Source: Macrostomum lignano
Taxonomy: Eukaryota
Assembly (NCBI GenBank): GCA_002269645.1
Contig: NIVC01001279.1
Coordinates: forward strand, 248,001-312,000
Direction of reading: 5' to 3'
DNA: 64,000 bases
Shown here one piece after another: positions 10,428-22,543 of the stretch. The position numbers and the translations under genes were made by a program. The notes under the pieces were generated by a model. That model did no database searches, was not told where the DNA came from, and saw nothing but the letters and a program-made list of their open reading frames with translations. Every line of letters begins with the position of its first letter. The stretch's first letter is position 1.

Positions 10428-12849
10428 TGACCATTAAAATAGTCAAAAAGAAGCCAAAAGAAGTGATGCGAAGTTGGGTGAAGTGGTTGAAATGGTTTAG
10501 AGGGAAAGTTTTAGAGCTCAAATCAGCTTCAACGATGGCGTCTGTAATAGACTCGTCCCAGCTTTGCTGTACTGTAGAAAAAAAACGCGTAGATGACAGA
10601 TCGCAACGTTGGGTATTTTTTATTTTAGTTTATAGTTGCAATTAAGTAAGTATCAGTGTTGAAAGCTTTCTACATGTAGTTAGAAAGTTATTAATTTTCA
10701 TTCCAATCAACGGAATAGCTAGTGTATCGTTAAAAAATTATGCGAGTCTATTGAAGATGGGCTTGATCATCGCAGGGATGAGTGATCAGCTGACAAACGC
10801 TTTAGCTAGTTTAACAATGGCGTCAAAGTCTACCTTGAGCGAAGCACCTAGTGACGATATCTGGTCGCGAGTTCGCGTGCTGACGGGCTGCTATTAAAGT
10901 AGTGAGTAAACACACAGTTAGTGGTGACGATAACTGACGGCGCCGATAATTCGATTACGGATTATGTATATTTGCAGGTTACACATGTAGTGGTTATTGC
11001 TGATGCTAACTGGTAACGAACAATTGCAGTGTCAATGGAATGTGGCTTCGAAGATGACCTTAGTGGGTAACACTACTAAATTGAGAGCGATCTTGAACTA
11101 CTGTTTTTTTCAGTGTTTACTAAAATCAAATGACTGGCGATAGGAACAGCAGCGGCACACCACGCTCAGTCTTCTCCGAAGCCACAGAATTCAAAATGTT
11201 AAATATAACTATTTAATGCAGTAAAACAAAGCATTGCTTACTATTTTCAATAAACATACCCTGGTAAAAGTGAAACCAATTGATATAAATAAAGTACATA
11301 TTAAATATTTTTTAGTAGATATTAATCGACGAACTGGGAGAATAAAAGAACCACCAACGTCACAACCTTTAAGGGCTGTTGCCACTGCCGTCTCGTGTGG
11401 ATCAGCGCCAATTTCGCTAGAAGTCACTTGTTGTTGAAAAGGCACCATTTAAATTTTAAACGACTCCTGCAGTAGCAGCCCCAACTAAGCGGATAAAGAT
11501 TTTAGCAAACGGCGAAACAAATGTTGAGCTGTTAATTTTTGAGTAGAGTTCGAGAAGGGTTTGAGTGTAGACTCAATAGCTGCTTGCTTTTCCTTAGTCT
11601 CGTCGTTTTGATGCTTCTGTTCTGTTTCTAACCTGCTGTTTCTAAAAATAGACTTGTCGGACCATATGCAGGAATAAAAAATGCTCATATTGTAACACAA
11701 TTCAGCGTGCATTAAACGCTAAATCGTGATCGCGCATTGGCTTGAGTCATCTAATCAGCACAAGAAATATACCGTCTTTACAATGCAGCTATACGGTGGA
11801 TGTTTGGTAATTTTACGTAACCATAAAGATTTTACGGTATATTATTGAGTATTACCAAATGAAATTACGGATAATGCATTACATAATGTCCAGAAAAATC
11901 TATATATCTGTGTATTTTTGTCAATGGACAATAGCGCGCCGCGAGAAAATAGACAAAACACATAATATTAATGAGTAGTGATCAAAGATCAAACGAAAAC
12001 GATTATGAGATGAGATCGATTGTCAAGTCTCCCACTCTTGCCAATTCAATTCAATTCATTCAGCCGATCAAAATTAATTGCTATTTAATTGACACCTTTT
12101 TGCAAATATTTATAGACCTATTAAATACCCTTTCAGTGCAGGATATGATAAAAACGAAGCTCGATTGAAAGTGGCAATGCCTCGATTGAGGTTGATACCG
12201 CTGCACTAGATGGATTAATGATATTATGATATTCAACAGAGTCGATTCTGATGAAATGTTAGTTAATTGAGTGACATAATTGAGAATGAGATTGATCAGA
12301 CTAATATATTGCCAAAAATCTATAAAATTATATACATTTAGTGGTTAATCCTCAAAAAAAGTATTAACTAACATATTGCCGGACTGTAAAGAAACTTTGA
12401 TGGTACTCTCTGTTGTATATAGCTACTGCACATTGGTCAGGCCGAATTAAGTCAAAAGGTATGGCTGGTGAGCTGGATCGGATGTTGAAAGTTCGTTCGT
12501 ATACATCTAGGGGAAATGCACATGCTACCCTATCATTTTTCCAACATTAGATAGTCATAGTTCCACGTGCAATCCCGTGTCATATTTCTATCGACTTGGA
12601 TATACCAGCTATTTTAACCAAATTTTTAACAAACTATGTGATAAATTATTCGTTTACAAAAGGTTTTACGGCACTTTTACGCTCTTAATCTCAAAGCAGA
12701 AATATTCGTAAGCTTTGCACGCGAACTGATGAAGATGAAAGAATTCATGCAGATAAATTAAAACTTTTGGTAAATGCAAATTTTATAGTCATATCAAGAC
12801 TGTTGCATACGAGCTACTGCAACTAGCTTGAGTATGAGCACGAGGCAGA

Positions 12850-13010
12850 AGAAGTTTCTACTTTCATATCGTCTGCTTTGCTCTGCGTGAGCTGCTTAGA
12901 TGCTTAAATTGGAATTCAATTTTGAGCAAAAATTAAGTCGCTAAGACGGAACGCCATCAACCTAGACATTTATGACACTTTGATGCGGGCAAATCTATTA
13001 GAAGGTAGCT
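12850..13010 (+). mobile_element. Possible hAT transposase C-terminal (dimerisation) relic (mirror ~27080-27250)
   Basis: My translation: EVSTFISSALLCVSCLDA*IGIQF*AKIKSLRRNAINLDIYDTLMRANL, resembling the hAT S...ERxFS...IKxxxRNxL...DxLM pattern, with stops. Confidence 0.4.
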
Positions 13011-13559
13011 ATCCAACACTGTAAATGTTTTCATCTATTTTGCTTTCCATTTTGAAGGAAGGAAAATTTTAATTTCCGTGTAGAAATATTCACTCGATAC
13101 CGTTAAATCTACCGTTAAAGTATTTTCTGTTGATGCAGTTATCAGACATCATATTCTCTGTGGGTACTTCAATGAGCAAATGCACTTGCACTAATATTTT
13201 AAGTCCGGGAAATCTGAAATACCTGGAGTGAAAGCGTACCTACTTTCTCAACGAAACGCAACGAACACTTTTATACATTTTCAACAACAGCAAACAACAA
13301 ACAATTTCAAGAGCCTGAAATGATGCAGAAATGTTTTACTATTGACCGAGTTTTGGGCACAATAATTCAAATTTCAGTCCCATCATTACCTCTATCGAAT
13401 GTCATTATTGTGCTGTCAAAATCGAAGGTCAGTCCTTTTTTTATAAAATTAAAAGCTGAAATCAGCTTTTTAGTGTCTGCCAATAAGGATTGGAGGGAAC
13501 AGTTGGTGCTCAATAAAGGTTCCGGTACAAGGTCTCCCAGCTTTAGCGTAGCTTACCCC

Positions 13560-13830
13560 TAGGCAATCAGCCAAACTAAACCAGCTCAAAGATTATCTTC
13601 ATACAAGACCTTCTTGATTCGACTTTACTAAGCGGTCCTCGACAAGACTCTCTACAGGCAATCCTTTCGCTTGTTTTTTCAGGAAATGCAATGAAATTCG
13701 ATATCCGTTGGAAATTTGCCTATCACATGTGGTTACCCTGGCTCTGTTTGATCCAGATTTCAGAGAAAAGAGAGACATGAAAGCCTCCTTGGAAAATTTT
13801 AGGAGGCAGTTTTTAGCGAAAAAATACACC
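13560..13830 (+). mobile_element. Possible DDE (hAT-like) transposase relic (mirror ~26165-26500)
   Basis: Translation ...ICLSHVVTLALFDPDFREKRDMKASL recalls the YLSEELVxLALFD...KxxM motif of hATm-type transposases. Recognition from memory only. Confidence 0.3.
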
Positions 13831-15090
13831 TCGGAGATAGGAGGTTTTTTGATTTCAGCACAAAATTGTTATTGTTTTTGATAGAAGGGAGACCCAATGT
13901 CCATCTCTTGATATGTCTATCTTATAACTCATATATCATAAATCATCATAAATAAAAAATCACAGGAATGGCGCAGCTCGACTCCCCTCATTGATTTTAT
14001 GAATCTATTGTAGCATTCGTAGCTTAATGACAGTGCAACTAAATGTGTAACAGAATGACTACATGTCTGTAAAAAAGACAATGCAATGGGAAAAAACCTG
14101 CAGTTTCCCATCCTTCTACTTAAGCAGTCCTTGGCTTTACGTCTGCGGAGGATTCATTTTTCTTATCCATACTTTTCAGACGCTTAGCACTAAGCTCGTG
14201 TGAAACTTCCTGCTTTCTGAACAGCCGTCCTTGAGAAAGGCAGTAGGTTAAATCCTGTCTAGCTTTAACAAACCTCCATCGCTCAAGAATACTTTCGTAG
14301 TGGTGACTCTAAGCAGGAAATATACAACTTGCAGAGACAGTCAGATTGCTTCAGATATCATCATTCCTAATTAATTAACCTTCGACAAGCCTTAAAGATG
14401 TGAAATTTATTTCACTATATAGCATCTACATAATTAAGCTAAGGGCTCAGTCTGAGGTTGTCCTTTAGACTTTTGACGGTTCAGCAGAGTTATTTTATTT
14501 GATCTGATCCGAGATATCTTCTGGCAGGATTGCCTGACTTTTGCTTGGCTTGAGTTGGGAATGCACAGTTGGCATTTGGCTATACAGAAGATAGCCGGGA
14601 ACCCTAGATGCCTTGAGAGTCTCAGGAAATGATGGGTTGCAAGCTTCAATTCGCGAGCAAGCAATGAAAAGTATAGGATTGCAAAAATGGAGAGGGCAGA
14701 GCTTTTTCGACAGAAAATTACCTCGGTAGACCCGGGCAACCCATCGCTCAGATGCGTGGGAACAATGCGCGGCGAGAGACGTTCAGAGTGACGCATTAGC
14801 GCAGACACGTCCTCAATCCCTGTGCAGCTGATACCCAGTCAGGCAGTTAGGCCGAAGAGGTGGGAAGGAATCACATGAATAGAGCGAACAAAAGAGCGCA
14901 CAGAATTATTATTTTACTGGAAGGGTCAACCTAGCGCACGTAATACTGCGGCTCGAGAAAGCTTTGTTTGTTTTTGTTTGCTACAGTGGCTGACTTTACT
15001 TGTTAAAAATTATTAAAGTTAATGATTAATCTACCATTAAGTAAATAAAATTATAAATCACTCACTAAGTTATTCAATCAACAAACAAAC

Positions 15091-16059
<969 letters not shown>

Positions 16060-16303
16060 AGCCCCCTTCTGTTGTATTAAACTTCAAGCACTAGAAAGCA
16101 ATACTGCACCATCACAATCCAATCACTTTCTCAGCCAATCAGATCAGAGGCTGCTCTGCCTCCTACATTCAGTTAGGACAGCTCTGTCTACTTATTTCCT
16201 GTCTCCTCGGCGATCTGCGCTGCTTCAGCGAGCGCGCAGTTGCTAACACGGAGAGTAAAAACAACTCATTGCACCCCGACGACCAAACTGTCAAGCCAAG
16301 CAG

Positions 16304-17434
16304 ATGGACGCCGACCTGCTTGAGAATGCTACCAATGGCATGAACTCATCCGCTCCGGCCATTGCTGGCTTCAAAGACGTTTCCATGTCGACTCAAGCGG
16401 CCATCGGACTAGTGGCAACATTCGCCACATTCGCCCTCGTGCTGAACTCGTTTCTGCTGTTCATCCTGATTCGCAGCCAGGTGCGCGAACGCTCTGCCGG
16501 CATGCAGGTGCTCACTGTTATGGAAATACTGCTCAGTGTGGCCCTACTGTCGCTGTTCATCAGCATGATGGCGGCCAAGGACCCCGGAGCTCTGCCGCAG
16601 GAGCTCGGGCTCGGAGTTCACGCCGTTCAGATGACTCGCAACTACTGGCTGCTGGCCGTCACTCTGCACCGAATGGCCATCACGGTGCGGCCTCAGCTGG
16701 CCGCCCAACGGAATGACTATTTTCGCGGCAGGCATCAGTTCTCGATTGTGTGCTTGATTGTGTGCCTCTCGACTCTGACTCTGCTCGCTAGAAGTCCCAC
16801 GCTGACTGGTGCAGTGGATAAGCAAGCCAATGCAACTGCGGAGAATGCTCTCGTGGCTTATATTCGCGTCTACCTCATCAAGTCGGTGAGCTTCGCCGCT
16901 CTTGGCGTCATGCTGCCAGGCCTGGCGATTCTGGCCGCTACCGCCAAGATCGCGCACGCCCTGCGCTACCGACTGGCGCCGCACCGGGCCACCAACCGGG
17001 TGACGAAGATGGTTCTGACTCTGTCCATCGGCTTCGTGCTACTCGAGTCTCCACTGGCTATAACCTATACCGTCACCTGCGGCTACCTGTTGAACAGTTT
17101 GACACTGCCGTTGGACCAATCTGATTTTGCCAGGCTGCAGGTGCTGGAGGAGCTGGCCACCTGGGGCATGGTGTTCGTACCGGTTGACTCCTGCCTGAAC
17201 TTTCTGGTGCTCCTTTGCTACAGCCGATCGGTGCGATGGTTCCTGCGCAGCAGCATGCAGAAGTACAGGCGGCGACGGCGGTTGCGTCAGCACCGTAGCC
17301 GACGCCGGTGCCTTCGGAAGCGTCTGGAAAAGCAGCTGCGGCAGCAAGCGAAGCTGCGTCGATCGCTGCAGAAACAGCGGGAACGAGAGCTGCAGGCCGA
17401 CGGGTATGCGCGCTTTGGGTCGGTTGTGACTTGA
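16304..17434 (+). CDS. Intronless divergent rhodopsin-class 7TM GPCR, 376 aa (peptide/chemoreceptor-like orphan), copy 1
   Basis: ATG start and N-glycosylation sequons (NAT, NSS). Seven hydrophobic segments: TM1 ALVLNSFLL, TM3 end LHRMAITVRP, TM5 MLPG, TM6 FVLLESP, TM7 DSCLNFLV. Confidence 0.88.
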   Translation: MDADLLENATNGMNSSAPAIAGFKDVSMSTQAAIGLVATFATFALVLNSFLLFILIRSQVRERSAGMQVLTVMEILLSVALLSLFISMMAAKDPGALPQELGLGVHAVQMTRNYWLLAVTLHRMAITVRPQLAAQRNDYFRGRHQFSIVCLIVCLSTLTLLARSPTLTGAVDKQANATAENALVAYIRVYLIKSVSFAALGVMLPGLAILAATAKIAHALRYRLAPHRATNRVTKMVLTLSIGFVLLESPLAITYTVTCGYLLNSLTLPLDQSDFARLQVLEELATWGMVFVPVDSCLNFLVLLCYSRSVRWFLRSSMQKYRRRRRLRQHRSRRRCLRKRLEKQLRQQAKLRRSLQKQRERELQADGYARFGSVVT

Positions 17435-17525
17435 TTAGAGTAGGCTAATGAAATTCATGCATGCTACCGATTCAATACTACGCTCGTAATAATTGTAGTA
17501 ACTGAGTCAGAGGCCGTGTTTGCTG

Positions 17526-19309
17526 TGTAGCCAAACTCTTACGAGGTACAATCTCGCCGCGCTGGGCACGCGTCTATATATTTTTGAGTTAGAATTGGGG
17601 TGGCGGCACCCACCCCACTCCGCAGCCAATCAGACTGCCCGGGCGTACCACTGGGCTAACATACTGTGCGTACGCACACTACATCTCTCCCCTTTCGAAT
17701 AGAGACTGCGAGAGAAGAAAATCTATTTAAATGTAACTCGAAAATACAAAACTTGAAATATTCACCGATGATGCGCATTGAAAATGGAGATTAAAATATT
17801 GAGGAAATGAAATATTTGAATTGAATGCAGCAGCAAAAACTTGAAAAAAACTTCAGTCCGCATATTACAGAAAAAAAATTCTGTTAATTTCAGTCACTCC
17901 ACGATTCAAAATTCAGTCCTTGTAGATTTTCACGCCAGCCCGAGCAGCGCGGGGGTGCGGGCGCAGCGCCACCGGGGAGGCGGGTGGATCTCGGGCCGCC
18001 TCGCCAGCAGCTCTCGGTGTAGCGTTCTGCGTCTGGATGCCGGCGTCGGCCAAATCGGGGCCGTGCAGTGCCGCCAGCAGGTCGTGCCGTCCCGGCGTAG
18101 CAGCAGCGAGTTGCCGGCCACTCGCTGGACCGTCCAGGCATCGCTCTCGAATGGCGTCTGCGTCTTCACCGACCCGCCATCGTAGCACTGAGTCGCCGAC
18201 CTGGACGTCGTGCTGCCGTGGTCGCCTCCTTGCGTCCGCGTGCTGCTTCATCGCCGCCTTGGCGCCGGCGTCGGCGTCTCTCAGCCGCTGCTCGTTGATG
18301 CGGACTCGCTGGGACGGCCGGGCGGCGGGAATAAAGTCGTTTGGCCGCCGGCCCATCAGCAGCTCGGCTGGTGCGCGCCCGGTGGCCGTGTGCGGCGTGT
18401 TCTTGTAGGCCAGCAGCCACTCGTCCAGAGCGGCCCTCCAGTCCCGCCGCTCCTCGATGGCTGCGCGCACGACTTTGTTGATGGAGCGGTTGAGTGATGA
18501 GGCGGTGCTTGATCCCGTAGCTCGCCAGGAATCGGCCGAACTCCTTGGACGAGAAGGGCGGTCCATTGTCTGTCACGAGCTCCTGCGGAGGACCCGGTCA
18601 ACCGCAGGCAGCTCTTCTCGCAGCGCGTGGAGTGAGCGTATCTCGGGGTTGGAGCGATCCCACCGGCCGTCTTGCGTCGTCGCAATCGCTGCCCGGATGA
18701 CTGGGTCGCTGGCAGAGCTCTTGCGGATGTCCCGGAGCGTCAGCGCCATCGGCACAGCCGCCTGCGCCACCTCGTTGATGTAGGCCTCCCTCCGCTGCTC
18801 GCCAAAACTTCTGCCGTGCGCGCTTAGGGGCTGCCGGAGGCTCCCGGCTGGTACTCGACCTTGAACACTAGGTGCTGGATCCTCAGCGTCATTCGCTCGA
18901 CTCGTGGAGGCGGCCGCGACCCAGACGCGAACATGGCCGTCAGCGGCTTGTGATCGGAGACCACTGTGAACTCGCGCGATCCATGCAGGTAGTACTCAAA
19001 CTTCAGGCAGCCGAACTTCACGGCCAGTGCCTCCTTCTCGGTCTGCGAATATCGCCGCTCGACATCGGAGAGGATCCGGCTGGCGTATGCAACCGGCCTT
19101 GAGCTGCCGTCGCGCTGCACCTGCGCCAGGATGGCGCCCAGTCCGGTCGGCCCCGCGTCCACGATCAGCTGCGTGTGTAGCCGCTTGTCGTAAAAAGCCA
19201 GCGTTGTCGGCTCCGCGATGCTGCGCTTCAGCTGCCCACCCCACTCCGCAGCCATTCAGACTGCCCAGGCGTACCACTGGGCTAATATACCGTGCGTACG
19301 CACACTACA
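17526..19309 (-). mobile_element. Mirror copy of the deleted Ty3/Gypsy element
   Basis: Reverse complement of 20669-22452. Confidence 0.93.
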
Positions 19310-19606
19310 ATAATAATATTGGATTTCACCTGCACTAAATGGGCAGATGTGCAACCGACAGCTCAGCCACAGCCTCAGCGCATCTGAAGGCTACGTACGG
19401 CTGTTCAGTCCAAGGACTGGGGGGTCGCCATACACATCCTCAATTACCCCAGCTAATGCTGGCATCCATTTTACAGCTGGGTGAACTGAAGCAATGCAGA
19501 GTTGAGTGTCGTGTTCAAGGACACAAATTGCTCCGAGTGGGTCAAGAATCGAACCCCCGACCTTTAAGTCGCGAGTCCGACGCTCTAACTACTAGGCTAA
19601 AACCCC
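19310..19606 (-). mobile_element. Mirror copy of the CORE-like SINE
   Basis: Reverse complement of 20372-20668. Confidence 0.8.
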
Positions 19607-19973
19607 ATACTAGCAACAGCAACAACAAACCTCAGTTGCCAAATCAAGGTCTACCTAGAGCAAGAGAACTTAGCCCTAAAAGCTAAAGTGTATTGATTGG
19701 TAACTCCTTCTTCAGATAATGACTCTTTCGGATTTTACATACGAGCGTAAGTTGTTTAATATAAATACAGAATATAGCTAGCAATTAAGAAACGGCTAAT
19801 GCATTCTCATATTTTCTCAAATCCATCCCTTGTGACCCGATCTGGAAATTTGAAGCCTTCGATTTGACCAAAGCATCGTAGCGAAATTTTTTCCTTCTGG
19901 TAGAATTGTCGAATATCTCGATGATTCGGAGGGCTGGCGACTTGCTTCTGCTTGAAAAGATGCGCAACAAAAA

Positions 19974-20004
19974 TTTAGCCTGTGTTGTTGATTGTTGTTG
20001 TTGT
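19974..20004. other. 31-nt non-palindromic spacer (loop) at the palindrome centre
   Basis: ...gatgcgcaacaaaaa [tttagcctgtgttgttgattgttgttgttgt] tttttgttgcgcatc...; base 19973 pairs with 20005. Confidence 0.95.
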
Positions 20005-20371
20005 TTTTTGTTGCGCATCTTTTCAAGCAGAAGCAAGTCGCCAGCCCTCCGAATCATCGAGATATTCGACAATTCTACCAGAAGGAAAAAATTTCGCTAC
20101 GATGCTTTGGTCAAATCGAAGGCTTCAAATTTCCAGATCGGGTCACAAGGGATGGATTTGAGAAAATATGAGAATGCATTAGCCGTTTCTTAATTGCTAG
20201 CTATATTCTGTATTTATATTAAACAACTTACGCTCGTATGTAAAATCCGAAAGAGTCATTATCTGAAGAAGGAGTTACCAATCAATACACTTTAGCTTTT
20301 AGGGCTAAGTTCTCTTGCTCTAGGTAGACCTTGATTTGGCAACTGAGGTTTGTTGTTGCTGTTGCTAGTAT

Positions 20372-20668
20372 GGGGTTTTAGCCTAGTAGTTAGAGCGTCG
20401 GACTCGCGACTTAAAGGTCGGGGGTTCGATTCTTGACCCACTCGGAGCAATTTGTGTCCTTGAACACGACACTCAACTCTGCATTGCTTCAGTTCACCCA
20501 GCTGTAAAATGGATGCCAGCATTAGCTGGGGTAATTGAGGATGTGTATGGCGACCCCCCAGTCCTTGGACTGAACAGCCGTACGTAGCCTTCAGATGCGC
20601 TGAGGCTGTGGCTGAGCTGTCGGTTGCACATCTGCCCATTTAGTGCAGGTGAAATCCAATATTATTAT
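20372..20668 (+). mobile_element. tRNA-derived SINE with CORE-like central domain, ~297 bp
   Basis: tRNA-like head with A box (tagcctagtagttag) and B box (ggttcgattc). tgtgtccttgaacacgacactcaactctgcattgcttcagttcacccagctgtaaaatgg resembles the CORE-SINE consensus. (att)n tail. A second partial copy lies at 52865-52998. Confidence 0.8.
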
Positions 20669-22452
20669 TGTAGTGTGCGTACGCACGGTATATTAGCCCA
20701 GTGGTACGCCTGGGCAGTCTGAATGGCTGCGGAGTGGGGTGGGCAGCTGAAGCGCAGCATCGCGGAGCCGACAACGCTGGCTTTTTACGACAAGCGGCTA
20801 CACACGCAGCTGATCGTGGACGCGGGGCCGACCGGACTGGGCGCCATCCTGGCGCAGGTGCAGCGCGACGGCAGCTCAAGGCCGGTTGCATACGCCAGCC
20901 GGATCCTCTCCGATGTCGAGCGGCGATATTCGCAGACCGAGAAGGAGGCACTGGCCGTGAAGTTCGGCTGCCTGAAGTTTGAGTACTACCTGCATGGATC
21001 GCGCGAGTTCACAGTGGTCTCCGATCACAAGCCGCTGACGGCCATGTTCGCGTCTGGGTCGCGGCCGCCTCCACGAGTCGAGCGAATGACGCTGAGGATC
21101 CAGCACCTAGTGTTCAAGGTCGAGTACCAGCCGGGAGCCTCCGGCAGCCCCTAAGCGCGCACGGCAGAAGTTTTGGCGAGCAGCGGAGGGAGGCCTACAT
21201 CAACGAGGTGGCGCAGGCGGCTGTGCCGATGGCGCTGACGCTCCGGGACATCCGCAAGAGCTCTGCCAGCGACCCAGTCATCCGGGCAGCGATTGCGACG
21301 ACGCAAGACGGCCGGTGGGATCGCTCCAACCCCGAGATACGCTCACTCCACGCGCTGCGAGAAGAGCTGCCTGCGGTTGACCGGGTCCTCCGCAGGAGCT
21401 CGTGACAGACAATGGACCGCCCTTCTCGTCCAAGGAGTTCGGCCGATTCCTGGCGAGCTACGGGATCAAGCACCGCCTCATCACTCAACCGCTCCATCAA
21501 CAAAGTCGTGCGCGCAGCCATCGAGGAGCGGCGGGACTGGAGGGCCGCTCTGGACGAGTGGCTGCTGGCCTACAAGAACACGCCGCACACGGCCACCGGG
21601 CGCGCACCAGCCGAGCTGCTGATGGGCCGGCGGCCAAACGACTTTATTCCCGCCGCCCGGCCGTCCCAGCGAGTCCGCATCAACGAGCAGCGGCTGAGAG
21701 ACGCCGACGCCGGCGCCAAGGCGGCGATGAAGCAGCACGCGGACGCAAGGAGGCGACCACGGCAGCACGACGTCCAGGTCGGCGACTCAGTGCTACGATG
21801 GCGGGTCGGTGAAGACGCAGACGCCATTCGAGAGCGATGCCTGGACGGTCCAGCGAGTGGCCGGCAACTCGCTGCTGCTACGCCGGGACGGCACGACCTG
21901 CTGGCGGCACTGCACGGCCCCGATTTGGCCGACGCCGGCATCCAGACGCAGAACGCTACACCGAGAGCTGCTGGCGAGGCGGCCCGAGATCCACCCGCCT
22001 CCCCGGTGGCGCTGCGCCCGCACCCCCGCGCTGCTCGGGCTGGCGTGAAAATCTACAAGGACTGAATTTTGAATCGTGGAGTGACTGAAATTAACAGAAT
22101 TTTTTTTCTGTAATATGCGGACTGAAGTTTTTTTCAAGTTTTTGCTGCTGCATTCAATTCAAATATTTCATTTCCTCAATATTTTAATCTCCATTTTCAA
22201 TGCGCATCATCGGTGAATATTTCAAGTTTTGTATTTTCGAGTTACATTTAAATAGATTTTCTTCTCTCGCAGTCTCTATTCGAAAGGGGAGAGATGTAGT
22301 GTGCGTACGCACAGTATGTTAGCCCAGTGGTACGCCCGGGCAGTCTGATTGGCTGCGGAGTGGGGTGGGTGCCGCCACCCCAATTCTAACTCAAAAATAT
22401 ATAGACGCGTGCCCAGCGCGGCGAGATTGTACCTCGTAAGAGTTTGGCTACA
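20669..22452 (+). mobile_element. Internally deleted Ty3/Gypsy LTR retrotransposon (~1.78 kb)
   Basis: Complete 158-bp 3' LTR at 22295-22452 (TGTAG...CTACA) preceded by a polypurine tract (aaaggggagaga). 75-bp 5' LTR stub at 20669-20743. RNase H (IVDAGPTGLGAIL...VAYASR...YSQTEKEALAV...VVSDHKPL) and integrase pieces (TDNGPPFSS...; YKNTPHTATGRAPAELLMGR). Confidence 0.93.
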
Positions 22453-22543
22453 CAGCAAACACGGCCTCTGACTCAGTTACTACAATTATTACGAGCGTAG
22501 TATTGAATCGGTAGCATGCATGAATTTCATTAGCCTACTCTAA

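Noticed and set aside
8189-10645. Long 731-791-aa ORFs (and 288-533-aa mirrors at 28354-29987), Cys/His-rich in one frame
   Set aside because: They are translations of a 45-bp satellite that lacks stops in several frames on both strands. The arm copies differ in unit number and type, and there is no unique coding context.
14434-14880. Coding-like island beside the (TATC)n array
   Set aside because: No ATG-led frame or recognisable motif. The plus-strand frame I translated has internal stops, at least one shared by both arms.
16393-19338. Numerous overlapping antisense or alternative-frame ORFs in the GPCR and Gypsy sequence
   Set aside because: Expected by-products of GC-rich coding DNA, with no independent motifs.
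19974-20004. PacBio SMRTbell adapter remnant
   Set aside because: Only the (GTT)n tract resembles it; the ATCTCTCTC/GAGAGAGAT stem and CCTCCTCC are missing. An artefactual origin by other routes is still open.
19785-20193. 95-aa ORFs crossing the palindrome centre
   Set aside because: Short, AT-rich, with non-ATG or weak starts, and generated by the symmetry itself.
20372-20440. Functional tRNA gene (Ala/Arg-like)
   Set aside because: Acceptor, D and anticodon stems pair poorly, there is no T-run terminator, and the sequence continues into a CORE-like SINE body.
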